Source of the DNA: Anthoceros angustus
Lineage: Eukaryota > Plantae > Anthocerotophyta
DNA: 64,000 nt
Direction of reading: 5' to 3'
Assembly: GCA_010909165.1 (NCBI GenBank)
Contig: MU008165.1
Coordinates: forward strand, 372,001-436,000
Made by a program: the position numbers and the translations under genes. This document shows positions 12,560 to 25,080 of the stretch, piece after piece (position 1 is the stretch's first letter; each line of letters opens with the position of its first letter). The notes beneath the pieces are model-generated. The model was given only the letters and a program-made list of their open reading frames with translations. It was not told the DNA's origin and made no database searches.

Positions 12560-14348
12560 TTATGCGGCAGACGTGACTGTCGCCTTTTGCTTCTCCTCCC
12601 CAAACCCGGGTTCAGCTGTGTCTTGCAACCCCCTCAAATCGGACTGCCTGATGGGGCTGCCAGTAACACTCCCTACGGGGCTCCGTTCGTCCAACCACTG
12701 GATGATGTCCCCGAACACGAGCTCGATGTTGTCATCCGGCTCTCCTGTGGTAAGCCCATGCCACATTCCGGGATACTTCTTCATAGACTTATCGCAGCTC
12801 TTGGATTTCTCGTAGAGCTCCTGGCTGACTTCAGGATCTGTCACCACATCGGCCTCCCCGTGCAACACCAGGAAGGGGAAAGTCACCTGCGCAGAAGAAG
12901 CAATATGATGCGCCTAAACACAGATGTAGGTACAAACACACACAAGCAGGGAGGCGTGCGCGTGATGGGAAGAACAGAACAGAGACTGTACATGCAGAGA
13001 GACAGGGACACGCACCTCATCAAGTCGTCCGGCCAGATCCATGCTCGCCTGGTACATTTCCAAGGCACTTTTGAGGCGGGGCCTACCCTGGTACGCTAGA
13101 GGATTTGCCCTTATCTGCGTCATTCATGTGAGTGTCCTTAACCGCATCCACACTCCATGAAAGAGATGTCAAGAAATATCAGCAGCAGGAAGGACCCAAT
13201 TCAAACCAAACCGGCTCACCTCCTTCCTCTTCACTGGATCTTTGAAGGCGCTGTCGATAATGTCTTTAGCTGGGACAGCCTTCCATGTGGGAAACATGGG
13301 AGCAAGTTTCACAAGGATATTGACAACCACCTTAGGTGGTTTTAGCTTCTCGGAAATCTGTACAAACAAATGCCCTGTTCAGAATGATGAGGTACCGACA
13401 GTGTTACCGTGAGTAAATGCAGCAAAGACACCAGGTTGCAGAAACGCACCTTGCACATGGGGGCGAGAAGAACCGCTCCATTCCACTCGGTTGGCTCCTT
13501 CCTGTGGATGAGCAGAGATACGGCACCACCCATAGATTCGCCGAACAGAAACCTCGCCTTGGTCCTGTACTCTTCCTTTTCTGCACAAACAAACACGGAA
13601 AAAGTTCAGATGCAGGGCAATTCAGAGCACTTGAGGCGGAAAGACATATAGACAGCCAGACAGACAGACGGCCAGACAGCCAGACAGACACGCAGACATT
13701 GCACAGACACAGAATGAGAAGTTGACATACCCCGTACGCTCTTGAAGTACGCAACACAGTCGGAAACAACATCATTGAAGCTGCTAATGAGACCTTGCAG
13801 TCCTTTCGAATTGCCATGGCCTTCATAATCGATTCCGAACACGGCGTACCCTGCTTCAGCCAGCCTCTCTCCAGTCCCTGCAATGCACGACGAACGACAT
13901 TGTTGGTAACAGCGTTCGGATGCGCTCATCCTTGAGCTCAGAAAACGCAAGACGCGCTGTCCTAACTGGAGACATGGGTACCAAGCATGCACCTTTCATG
14001 AAGATGCCGCATTCCATAGCGTACCCTGCATGCGACAAGAAAACAGATCGCGCATCGGTCAGCAAACTGTTCCGCCAAGCAAGCCTGTTGTCGGGAAAGA
14101 GAGCAATATGCTGCTGCTCACCATGGCAGAGGAAGACCAACGCCTTAATCTCCTGGTCCACAGGGAGCCACCTGCAGGTGAACTGCTCTACGCCCCGGGA
14201 GTTGACGATGAATTCCTGCTAACCCAGCAGCAGCACCCAACATGAACATGACGCCCCTGTTGCAGCCCGCGAGCTACCAATCTCCACCCACAGAATTTGC
14301 TACGCAACCATGAGCACTTACAGTTTCATACTTGAAGCGCCTGGCCAT
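12560..14348 (-). CDS. Monoacylglycerol lipase / caffeoylshikimate esterase-like alpha/beta hydrolase
   Basis: Spliced motifs MARRFKYE, EFIVNSRG...FTCRWLP, ALVFLCHGY, GYAVFGIDYEGHG, nucleophile FLFGESMGGAV, LVLHGEADVVTDP and YPGMWHGL. GT-AG introns throughout. Confidence 0.93.
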
Positions 14349-15859
14349 GGCGCGCACGACTAAGACTGAGCCGCAAAGATGACTGTTCACAACCATGAAG
14401 AAGAATGTCAGGCAGATGCAGACGCTCGCTAAGCACTGATTACTTGCAAAGGAAGGAATCCTGATATATCTACCGTCCTCCACAACACTCACATATATAG
14501 CCCACCAAGAGCGCAGCAAAGCCCGAGATCCAAGGACCGATGAACCCAGTAACCAGTGGGGGTCCTTGGGCTTCGGACCCGTCAGGAAAGGAATCTTGCA
14601 ACAAAAACAACCTTCAATCCTTGGGCTTCGGTGCCGCCGCTAGCGAAATCCCTTATCCCAATCCCTGCAATTCTCAGCCCAGTACGCCTGCAGATCCAGA
14701 CCCAGAACCTGCTGCCCACGTCTCCTCCTCGAATCTGCCCACAACACCCAGGGTCTGCTCAAGAGAGAGAGAGGAGTTTCACAGAGGCGATCCAGCAAGA
14801 GGGAGAGCAGCAGCTCCTGAAGGTGGGATAAGCATATAAAAAAAGAAGGCCGCTGCAAGCCACAGACCTACTTCAGGAAAGGGCAGCTGGGTAGAAGAAG
14901 AGAAGCTGCTGGGCAGACGGCACTTGGCGTGCGCCGACGACAGCAGCTCACAGATCGGAGGCTACGCAACATTTATCTATCCACGGCTACCTGCTTTAGC
15001 CCGAAAGCCTCGCTCTTTCTCCTAGTTTCCAGCTCTTCTTTATCCTCCAGGTCAAGCCTCAAGTGTGATGAGGTGCGGCTGACGCGCTTTGCTTCACGCG
15101 AAGAACGCTGTTCTAGACATCATCGCACTGGTCTGTTCCAGCCCTTGCTCAGGCTGCATCCCACTGGGCAGTGAGCACTCGGATGCTCTGGGATACTGTG
15201 TGTTTGTGTACGTCACTACCAACCGGTCCCACAGAACAAGGGACCGCATACACTCTAGTGCGTGCGGGACTGGTACTGTACCACCCAGGCCCGAAGGTGG
15301 AAGGTTCCTGCCATGTCAAACACTACAACTGAAAATCCCAGCCTCCCAGGAGGTATGTACCGTGACTGCAGTGATCAAGAGCAAGATGGACCGACCCCTT
15401 CTCTCCTTCTTCCTTCACAGGATGATTTGCACGGTACAGACTGGGAGTCAAGACTGAGTGGGGAATCTTGAGAGGCAGTCTTGAGTGGTGAAGTCTTGAT
15501 ACATCAGCTGCTGGAGCGTCTCGGTCAGGCAGCACCTGGTTCTTTCAGGCGACACCTGGTGGACAAGTACAGGGCTCCGTTTATTCTGACCGAGACAGAG
15601 ACTTCAGGACGTTGGGACGTGACGTTCATGGCAGCTGCGTCTCAAGATTGCTGGTATCACTCCATAGCAAGTCACATCACGAGGTTTGCGTTACCTGGGT
15701 GGCCGTTTTTCTGCTTGTTTGCTGGCTGCTCTTCTTTCACGCCTTCTGAAGAAACTGGCGTCCTGCTGACGAAGGCTGCTGACGCGGCAACTGCCCAGCT
15801 AAGCAGAGCAGCTTCCTCCTGCTGTTGCAGCCGCCCACCGACTCCGCGTGCGCTTTAAC

Positions 15860-16440
15860 TTAGGGCTGACTAGGAGGCCGCTTATTGCAACTCGTGGATC
15901 CGGTTACTGGCAGGACACCGACCGCGGTGATAAAGAACAATTGCTTTCTCGAAGAAGTGGACTGCTGTTCGTAGAGAGGATGGAGTAGATCTCTTTGTGA
16001 AGTGACTTGGAAGAAGTAGTTCCACATCCGACCTTGAGACAATTTCACGACAAGCAAACGGGCGCTGATGTTAGCAATGCAAGCTCCAGGACAGGAGCCC
16101 ACGACTCCATAGGGTTTTACTTCAAACCCCCGCAGGATAGATACAGACCAATTCTCCATACTTTCAGGATGAAGAAATCATACTCCAGAAACTCAGTTCT
16201 CTTCGAGAACATAGGCAGAAGTTTGTGGTTAAAGATCTCACCTCTGCGGAGCTCTGTCTCCTCCATGTATGCACAATACACTGTTAAGAATGCTCCCTCA
16301 ATCAGCTACCCACTTCCCACGCAAGTATGTCTGAACCTTTCCCGCCACACCAATTAGGTCGGCTCTGAAGAACTTGATGAAGAACCCTGCATCAAGCCGT
16401 CCTCCAAGCTTCAGAACCTCATCTGCTTCCACCTAGGGTT
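15860..16440 (-). mobile_element. Probable LINE ORF1 (DUF4283-like) remnant, frameshifted
   Basis: Minus-strand fragments LGGRLDAGFFIKFF...YLRGKW, IEGAFLTVY and SARLLVVKLS resemble plant L1 ORF1 motifs (GFF..F, PW.I.G..L.V, ARVLVEV.L). Multiple stops and frameshifts. Motif recall only. Confidence 0.35.
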
Positions 16441-16724
16441 TCCATCAAGCCAGAGGTCCAGCATGCACTACCTCAATCCCGGCGCTGCTCTTAGTGACAT
16501 AACGTCGGCGACATACGCTGAGGGTAGTCTGCTGGACTTGGCTTCCAGCATAGAGTGCATACACGAACATTTCATCTACACACGTCAGTTCCAGCTTGCT
16601 GTGTCCAGTAAACATCTCAACAATAGAAGGAAATCCCCCGGAGCCTTGAGCAGCAGCAACAGCCACCAATTTCGTCCAGAAGAGCCGGCCACAATCATCA
16701 TGGAAGCAGCCATTCCAAGACAAG

Positions 16725-17167
16725 TGGAAAAAACAGATGGATAATTAACCTCCATGGAATCCAACTGTTTTCAGAGTCTTGACAACAAAATCAAACTCCT
16801 GGCCAAAAATCCTGACTGCTCCAGGGAGGACCACATGTTCCCATCCCGCACCGATTGGCCACTGCCCCAGCAAACGGCCCGTCTGCTGCCTCTGGATGGA
16901 CATGGAAGCAGCCATCTCACGACACGTGGAACAAAAACAGATCAAAAGTCCACCCTCCATGGAATCCAACACTTTCAGAGTCTCGACAACAAAATCACAG
17001 GCTGCTGTTCCAAAAGAGAGACTGCTTTGCCTCCATGTGTCCCCCTGCTACAGTGAAGCCCTGTACGGACGCTCCCATTGCCAGGATGGATGAGTCCATC
17101 CCTCCCCTCCACTGGGCGGACGCTCCCATAGCCAAGATGGATGAGTCCATTCCTTCCCTCCACTCGG
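16725..17167. repeat. Two local duplications: a ~70-bp unit at 205-bp spacing and a 51-bp tandem pair
   Basis: CCTCCATGGAATCCAAC...GACAACAAAATCA at 16749 and 16954. CGGACGCTCCCAT...CCCTCCACT at 17066 and 17117. Confidence 0.85.
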
Positions 17168-17363
17168 CGGTGTCCACTCTGCTGCTAGCATCTTCCCAAG
17201 ACTCTCGTGCAACAATCTTGCGGCCCACATTCTCTTTCTTTCTTGCGTTATTTACTGCCAAGATGCCTGCATCAAACGTTACGAATGCACACTAAACTCT
17301 CAGCTGTGTAACGATTTACATAACGAATCATAAAATATATATTTGAGGCTGCATAAACTACAC

Positions 17364-20300
17364 CTAGTGTGGCCAGTAGTCTTCGAGGATGTCCTTGTTG
17401 AGGCCTTTTTGGCGGCAGGCAGTGCAGACCCAGGCGACCTCGCGGGGCTCGCCGCGGGTGTAGCGGACGTGGTAGAGCTCGAAGAGGCTGGAGATGAGGT
17501 CCATGCGGGGGCGCAGAAAGTCCTGCAGGCAGAGCCAGGCGTCGCTGAAATCGGCGGGCGTGATGCAGGCGGGCTCGTTGGCGCGGATGTCGTGCAGGAG
17601 AGTGTCCATGGCCATGCTGCTGGAGGCCCCCAGCACGGGGAGCGGGAGGGGCACGGCGGGCAGCCCCGCGCGCAGCATGATGTAGAGGAGCTTTGCTGCG
17701 CCCATGGCGATGGGCCGCAGCCGCCTCCACTTGCCGTCCTCCAAGGTCATCTCGCACCCCTCCTGCTGCGCCACGTAGTGCTTCCCGCTGCGCTCCTCGC
17801 ACATGAAGTGCAGGCGGACGGATTTCCCCACCCGCATCACGGCAGAGAAGCGCTGCAGCATGCCGACATCGCTGTCGGTGAAGAAGGGCAGGCGGGGCAT
17901 CTTCCGCTGGTGGAACTGCGCCGAGAAGCCCATGACATCGTCCATCCTGTCCATGAGGGTGCGAAGCATGTGTTCCTGCAGGGACTGGATTCCCTTCACC
18001 TCGGGCAGGATGGCCTTCATCAACACCTTCTGCTCGTCCATGGCGGCCGCGGCTCGGTCCAGCTGCTTCGTAACCCTCAGGAAGTTCTCCACCATGACCT
18101 CCAGATCCCCGAAGGAGTGGCGTTGCATTCCCGCGTCCATGCTCCTGCGAGAATACTGGCTCCTGCTGCCGCTTTCCACCCGGCGCAACAGCCGGAGCTG
18201 CCGCTCGCTCAGGCTGATGCGGTTTTGCAGCTTGGAATCCGGATTGTTCTGCATGCTGCGGAGCATGACCTCATCGGCCGCCTCCTCGATGTGGAGCCGC
18301 TGCTGCGACAGGATCTGGAGCTTCCGGTCGATGGCCTTCATTAAATCCCTGGCTCCGAGCAGATCCACCGCGCGGTGGCTTCCCTCGGGGAGGCCCGCCT
18401 GCGGCTCCTCTGGGAAGGAGTGCTCGTGCTCCAGGGACGCTGCCAGGGAGAAGATCTCCTCGTGGTCCCTGTACAGGATGTCCTCGTCCATGAGCTGGTG
18501 CATGAGCTCCGCCTTGAGGCTCTCCACCAGCACGGCCTGTTGCTCCCTGTGCGCGCAAAGAGTGAGGTTTTTGACGCACTCGGGGCGCAGAATCCCTTCC
18601 ACCAGCTCCACTCCCGGGCACGCCCTCGGGCAGAATGCGTGCAGCTCCCGCACCACGTGCTCCCGCACGAAGTCCATGGTCTGGATCGGGGACTTGCTGG
18701 ATCGCACCAGCACGTCCACATACTCCCCGACATCGCCTTTGCACTCCACCAGGATCTCGATGCCGTCCACCAGCATGGAGATGAGGTTGCGCTCGTTCTT
18801 GTACTGCTCCGGGAAGATTCCAAGCTTCGAGACGAGCCGATTCCGCAAAATCACCTGAATGAATGAAGAGGAACAACGAGGCAAGCAAGAACGGCTTCGG
18901 CAGCTGAGAATATATGCAAGAACCATAACAGGAGGACACTGAGGATTCATGTCAGTCAGCCTGGACTTGCAGCGGACATCGCAAATTTCTGCCTAATGTC
19001 CATCCAACAGTAGGGGATGCTTCAAGGATTGTGGAAGCGGCAATCGAGAAAGCGTCAAAGAAAACCTATGAGGAAGTGCAAATTATGCAGGAAAGCAGAT
19101 CAGGAAGTGCAAACTATGCTGAAAACCAGATGAGGAACTGCAGGAACTGTTATGCAGGAAATCAGATCAGGAACTGCAATTGATCAAGAAGCAAGAAGCA
19201 AGATCAGTACACGAAGGAACGATGTCAGGAACATGCAGCGGACAGGACAACATTCCACCTATCGAACAGAACGGCATCCATCTTCCAGCATACAGCGCAG
19301 CACAGAGACCAGCGAACATTGAAAGCTTTTGCGGTGCACCTGAAATCTTGGAAAGAAACCGGCTGTGAGGACAGTTCGGTGGGTGTCTGCGCATTGCAGA
19401 CGGCGGCCGATGTAGATGCAGGTAATGTTGTCCTTGTGTGCAAGGGGCCATGTGAGCTGCCTCAACCCCGACGAGGCCTTCTCGTTGTGATCCTCCAGGG
19501 CGCTGGGAACGAAGAAGCGGCTGCTGTCCTGATCAGCGTTTGCGGGATCAGGCTCCTCGTAGCACAGCTCCAGCTTGAGCATTAGGGTTATGAGATCCTG
19601 CGTGGTGAACCCGGAGTACTTGCTGCTTCTCAGGAACTCCTCCAGGACCAGCTCCAGGTCCTGCTTGTAGACGAAGCCGTCGAATCTCTTGTCGACGAGG
19701 CCTTGGAACTGGTCTCCCAGCCTGACGAGGCGGCCGAGGAACACATGCGCCAGCCAGTTGGGATTGGCGACCATGAATTTGAGGTCCGGGATATGGATTA
19801 TGCTGCCGACGTCGTGGAGGTAGGCCACAACCGCTTCCCTGCTCTCCCGCACGTCTTCCGAGACGTCTTCCCCCGGGTGGTGGCCGTGCACCAAGGGCTT
19901 CAGGGCTTCCACCTTGCTGGCGCAGAGGGAGTAGAATTCATCCTCCCTCAGGATGGGGTGCGTGCTGTGCGCGGACGCCCATTCCGCGAGAAGCAGGCTC
20001 ATCTGAGTGCACGCCTCGGGCAGGAGCGGGAGCTCGTGCGAGAGCAGGTCTCGGAAGCAGGCGAAGACATGGTCCATGAGCGGACGGACGCTCTTCCCCG
20101 ATAAGGAATTCACCGCGTGTATGGTCGGCGAGAGATCCAGCACTCCCTGGAACTTCTCCCTCATGGTGTCCACCGTCTCGCTGGCCCAGTCCACTATCCT
20201 CTCCTGCGTCCACCCCGACACCCTGTCCAGATGGCTCAGCACCACGCACACCTGCGGGGGAATGTGGCTGGCGCTCCTGCTGGAGGCAATGACGCGCAGC

Positions 20301-22155
20301 CAGTCCTGCAGCTCCCTCTCCAGATCGGTCTCCGCCTCCATCTTCACCGCCCCGCTCTGGTGGTCGAACAGGCTGAAGACGAACACGAACACGCACGGCT
20401 GGTTAATGTCGGGGAAGAGGTAGTCGTGGAGAGTGTGGACCTCCGCCTGCCCCGGCATGTCCCACACCAGAATCTGCATCTCTGCGTCATCCCTCAGCAG
20501 CTCCACCTCGGATGGATATCCCTTGCTCTTGCTCCGGCTCATCCACGGCGGGAAGCAGGTGGACTGCTTGGTCTGCACCAGGGATTTCCCTCTGAACATC
20601 ACTCTGTGCAGCCAGGAAGACGAGCTCAGGCTGCATCTCACCATGGATTTCCGCAGCGTGGTTTTCCCTGCAACAAACGTACCATGCATGGCATGAATTT
20701 GGACAACATGAACACAATGCAACCGTTACGTCATTCAATGTCTCATCTTACCAAGATGGTGATGATGGTGGAAATGGATTGGGTACCTGCCATGCCCGAG
20801 CCGCACATGAAGAGGCGGCCTGCCTTGGGCGCCACGAACCGCAGCTTCTCCCTGAGCACAGCCAGGTATGCGGCCTGGTTAGCATTCCGCCTGAGAGCCT
20901 CCTTCTCCGCAGCCTCCTTTCCGTCTGTCTTGCAACTGGCTGCATCATCGCCGACGACATCGTCCCTGGAGGCCTCCACATGCAGCATGTCCATCAGGGT
21001 ATGCTCTTGCAGGAGCTCGATGATCCACTTGGCCTTGTTGTTCCACGGGGTGCACTCCAAATTGATGGTCTTGAGCGAGGAGTTCACCTCCAGCAGCTCC
21101 ATGAGCTCGGTGAAGAGCGAGTTATCCAGGCCCTTGCAATTGTGCAGATCGAGGTACTCGAGCGTGGTGTTCCTGTGCAGCGATCTGAAGATGTTCCGCC
21201 ACTCCACCCTCGAGAACCTACTATGCCGCAGCGAGAGAGATCGTAGCGAGCTGTTGGTGCGCAGCATCCTGGCTGCCGTCGCACCCAAACCCTTCTCGTC
21301 CGCCAGCACCAGATCCAAGGTGGTGATGGAGGTGTTGTGCATCATGTCGAAGTGGGACGAGAGAATAGCATTATTATTATTCTCATCCCCGGCCCCCCCC
21401 GGGTTCGCCAGCGCCCGGAGGAGCGTGGTGAGCGTTCCGGGAGCCATGCCATTACAAGAGGCCGATCCTTCGTCTCCAACGAAGAGCTCCTTGAGGGAAG
21501 TGTTGTTCACCAATCCCCTTGCCAGCTGCTGCGCGCCGGCCCGCCCCATCCCGATGTCGTACATCATGAGCGTGCGGAGGCCGGTGAACTGCGCGCTCAG
21601 CACCTGCGCGATGCTCTTGGCCCCGCCGTCTCCGAGCTTCCGGTTTCCCGACACATCGAGGTAGTGGAGGCTGGAGTGCTCGTTGGAGAGCATGGCGTCG
21701 GCGATGTGCGCCAGGCCGGGCGCGGTTAACCCTACCCCGTTCAGCAGCAAAACCTGCAGGCTGCAGCTGGAGAGCAGGACGCGCGCGAGATGGCGGCAGG
21801 CGGCCTCGGATCCGAAGCCCGGGTTGTAGCTCAGCCGCAGGTCCACCAGGACGGGGTTGGAGCGCAGGCCTTTGCAGAGCGTCTCCACCTCCGCCTCCCG
21901 CGTGATGTCGCACAGAGACAGGTCGAGCGACATTAGGGTTGAGCAGGCCCCGACCAGCTCCAGCACGCGCAGGCGGAGGTGCAGCCAGGCCGGGCCCTTG
22001 CCGTGCCCCGGGTGGTTGAAGGCGTCCCCGTACTGCTCCTCCGTGAGGTCGGGCAGGATGCGCATCGGCACCGCCGGGGACGCCATCGCCAGCTCCTGCA
22101 TCACCTGCCGCAGCGCCGGCGGGGCGTCGTCTTCCTCCCATCCGCGCTCGGCCAT
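17364..22155 (-). CDS. TRN1: TORNADO1-like ROCO protein (RI-type LRRs, ROC GTPase, COR-like region), about 1395 aa
   Basis: join(complement 20787-22155, 19340-20667, 17364-18854) = 4188 nt, in frame. RI-like LRRs. P-loop GSGMA|GKTT spans intron 1. G3 WDMPGQ. TRN1-like motifs ELQDWLRVIASS, GSIIHIPDL, LKLELCYE, FFPRFQ|VILRNRL, MPRLPFF and LHFMCE. Possibly a paralog rather than the ortholog. Confidence 0.9.
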
Positions 22156-22982
22156 TCTCCACCTCCGGCTCGCTCCCCGCCCTTGTCACATGGCAGCAGC
22201 GACAGCGAGAGCGACAGCGAGAGAAGCAGCGGCACAAGCAGCAGCAGCAGCAGCAGCAGCTCGAGGTTGAGCTCGAGCTCGAGCGGCGGCCATGGCGCGC
22301 GCCGGTTTCATATTTGGACGCTGTGCGCGGGGACCGAGAGGGACTCACACAGATGCTGGCTGGCCTGCCTCCCAGTTCGTGCATCGTGAAGGCCACCTCT
22401 CGCACGACGTTACCGAGCACTATAGCGTCAAACGTTCAGGTGGAACACCCCTTCTATTTCTCCTCCTCCTTCCAGGTATGTAGCTCACTGTTCGCATGTT
22501 TTTATGTCGACGACACGCACCTTGTCCAAATACATGTCACATGCCTGTCTCGGGCTTTGTGCATGTGTGAACAGGGCTCGCTTGCGTTTGCTGTGGGTGC
22601 GACTTTCCTGCTTGCAGCTGGAGCGACGTTCCCCATCTTTCTCGTCTCTTCCGGCAGGGGGCCGGGGGACTGTGTCGGATCACTTCCGAGCAGCGTCCCA
22701 TAATTTTATAAGCTCGCATCTTACTCTTCAGAAAAAGACTAGCTCAAAGACTACTTTACTTTACTTTAAGAAATGTTGGTCCCCCGCAAGAATGACACAC
22801 CATGAGCCTTGAGTGCCCGACCTTTACAGACGGGCGACTAACCACAAACACAAAACAAACATCTCCCGTCCATCTCATACAGCATAGGGTGGTTGCTGGA
22901 AGGTGTGGGAGCGTGCTTTGAGACTCACCTGTGGCTGATCTTTTCAGCCGCAGCTTCTCCAGCAGAAACCTCAGAGGATCCT

Positions 22983-23185
22983 CTTAGGCCATTTGGACAC
23001 ACATTTATAAGAACGCCGTGATTAAGCAACTTGAGCTTGGATCGGTACTTAGATGGGGTGCCTAAAGGGAGTGGATATCCTTGATGCCAGTAGCTTAGGC
23101 ACACCATGGTACAAGTTGTTAAGTACCAAGTCCCATGACGGAAATCCATCCTTAGTAGACTTAAATAAAATTCTTCTTCTTCTTC
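22983..23185 (+). mobile_element. ~200-bp retroposon-like dispersed repeat ending AATAAAA(TTC)n, copy 1
   Basis: Near-identical to 39435-39639. Ends in a polyA-signal-like AATAAA followed by a (TTC)5 tail. Confidence 0.75.
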
Positions 23186-23553
23186 CAACCTGCCCTGTTG
23201 TACAGGAATGAGAACGTCACCAAGCCCCATGACGGAAATCCATCTTTAGTAGACTTAAATAAAATTCTTCTTCTTCTTCCAACCTGCCCTGTTGTACAGG
23301 AATGAGGACGTCACCAAGCCCCAACATGGAGATATGGCGAAGAGGGGCCACCGGGAAAAACTGGCTTGGGAGAGGGGATATACAGAAGCTTCGGAAATAT
23401 AAATCAGAGACAGGTGCGATCCTGGGATCCATGGGTTATGGACCCACCAGGCTTCCCCTGCGTCACAGGATAGGTTATGCGAACAATCGTAGTTAACAAC
23501 CTTGACAGGCCCATCAAAGGTTGATGCGCCTGGCCAACTCCCAGCCACGGCTG

Positions 23554-24650
23554 TCAACAGACCACGGATTCGAACGTTTCCAAACGGGTTGCTGCAGACC
23601 GCCTACAAAAAATTGACCGAAACGATGCCTCTACACCTGTTTTTTTTGCGTCCTTCAGGGACCATCTCGTTCAGATCTTCGTTCGACTCCTCATGCACAA
23701 CAAGCGATTTGGTAGGCACGCTTTGTATATATAGTTCCTCCTCGAGATCCACACCTCCTGTCAACTCTTTCTCTTCATGGAGTTGGAGACCTTCATCTTG
23801 CTTGGGTAACATACTTGCCTCTGACGTCTCTCCATCTGTGTGTGTCTGTAGTCTCCTGCTGGGTGGTTCTGCCTCTTCAGCAATGGTTGGTATGGTATCC
23901 TGCTCAACTGGTGGTATGTATGATTGTAACTGGTGGCACCTCTGATACTGGCACTTCAGAGAACTCCTCAACCTCCATCTGCCAAGCGGACAGTTTTGAG
24001 ATAAGCAATGCATCTTAAGCAGGCGAACGCATCTTTGTTACGGGCAGGGCATGATAACAGCTTCTGGGAAAGTAAGCACGTACTTGAGTTTGAAGCTGTT
24101 CAAACTCTGCCAAAATATCTTCCCCATCTCGGGAACCTCATTGAGAGCCTCAGCCTCAAACATTGTTACCCGTAAAGTTAACTGACAAGGTGACCCTGCC
24201 GGAAACGTGTATTTCGCAAGAGCGTAGGTATACAAACAGGTAGAGGTTAATTAATGTGCTTCAAGAGATCCCCCTCCAGACAACAAGCTGGATAAGTAGG
24301 AACGCATGTGTGATGGCGTCTTGCATCCTGGCAGGCCTTCGCTTCGGCGGTATCATCACATGAGCTTTTGCACGTCCTCAATGCTGATTTCATTCTGAAG
24401 CTCTGTTGTAGGCTTGTGGCCCACTTTGAGACTCTCAAACACCGCTTTTAGCTCCGTGCCTATCTCGATGTCGCTCAGCTGCAGAAAGCAATTCCACCCC
24501 GTGTTACAGCTGGCCGGATCACACAACTTGCACCTTGAGGTAAAGAGAGACAGCTTGCTCTTAAGATCGAAATCCGGGCTTCAGAACCCTTGATCCAACT
24601 TTCTTCAGCAATTCTTCCTTTCTTCGAGCCAAGCAGCACCCTGCCTTTCC
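23554..24650 (-). pseudogene. Small multi-exon orphan gene or pseudogene of unknown family
   Basis: Exon-like blocks with GT/AG borders: ...[19 protein letters not shown]| [18 protein letters not shown]... / TMFEAEALNEVPEMGKIFWQSLNSFKL| KWRLRSSLKC...acidic tract...KKNR| RSAATRLETFESVVC-stop. In-frame TAA at 24561-24563. One junction is unresolved. Confidence 0.35.
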
Positions 24651-24673
24651 TGTTCTCCAACAACCAAGGCGAT

Positions 24674-24771
24674 AAGGGTAGTTGCCCTTGAGCCTTCTTA
24701 CAAGGGTAGTTGCCCTTGAGCCTTCTTACAAGGGTAGTTGCCCTTGAGCCTTCTTACAAGGGTAGTTGCCC
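24674..24771. repeat. Perfect 28-bp tandem repeat, 3.5 copies
   Basis: AAGGGTAGTTGCCCTTGAGCCTTCTTAC at 24674, 24702 and 24730, with a partial copy at 24758. Confidence 0.95.
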
Positions 24772-25080
24772 ATTTCATTAGGGGTTTCCTTACGTATATA
24801 TAATTCCGAGCTTCACTGCGCCGACCGGCTGACAGTGTGTTCTCGTGACGGTAGGTCACACGGCGGGTAGGGCACACGTCTTTCCATCTCAAAGGACTCG
24901 AAAGAGGGTGAGGAGATTGAACGAAATTGCCTGAACCTCACTCCTGTGCACAATTATGTAAAGTCCTGTGTCTCTGCCCACAACTACTGTGGGGACAGTG
25001 AAGCCCGGAGTCCTAAAATTGTTTTGGTACGAATTTCGTCCTAAGCTTGTGCACGAGCAGTGAAGAGCGGTGTTGTCAAA

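Noticed and set aside
17343-21664. Long plus-strand ORFs (17343-18344, 17803-18858, 20117-21664) and alternative-frame minus ORFs
   Set aside because: Antisense or frame shadows of the GC-rich ROCO exons, with no recognisable motifs.
17364-22155. Horizontal transfer of the ROCO gene, suggested by high GC
   Set aside because: It has spliceosomal introns and TRN1-family motifs, and other first exons in the window (RLK, PADRE) are also GC-rich.
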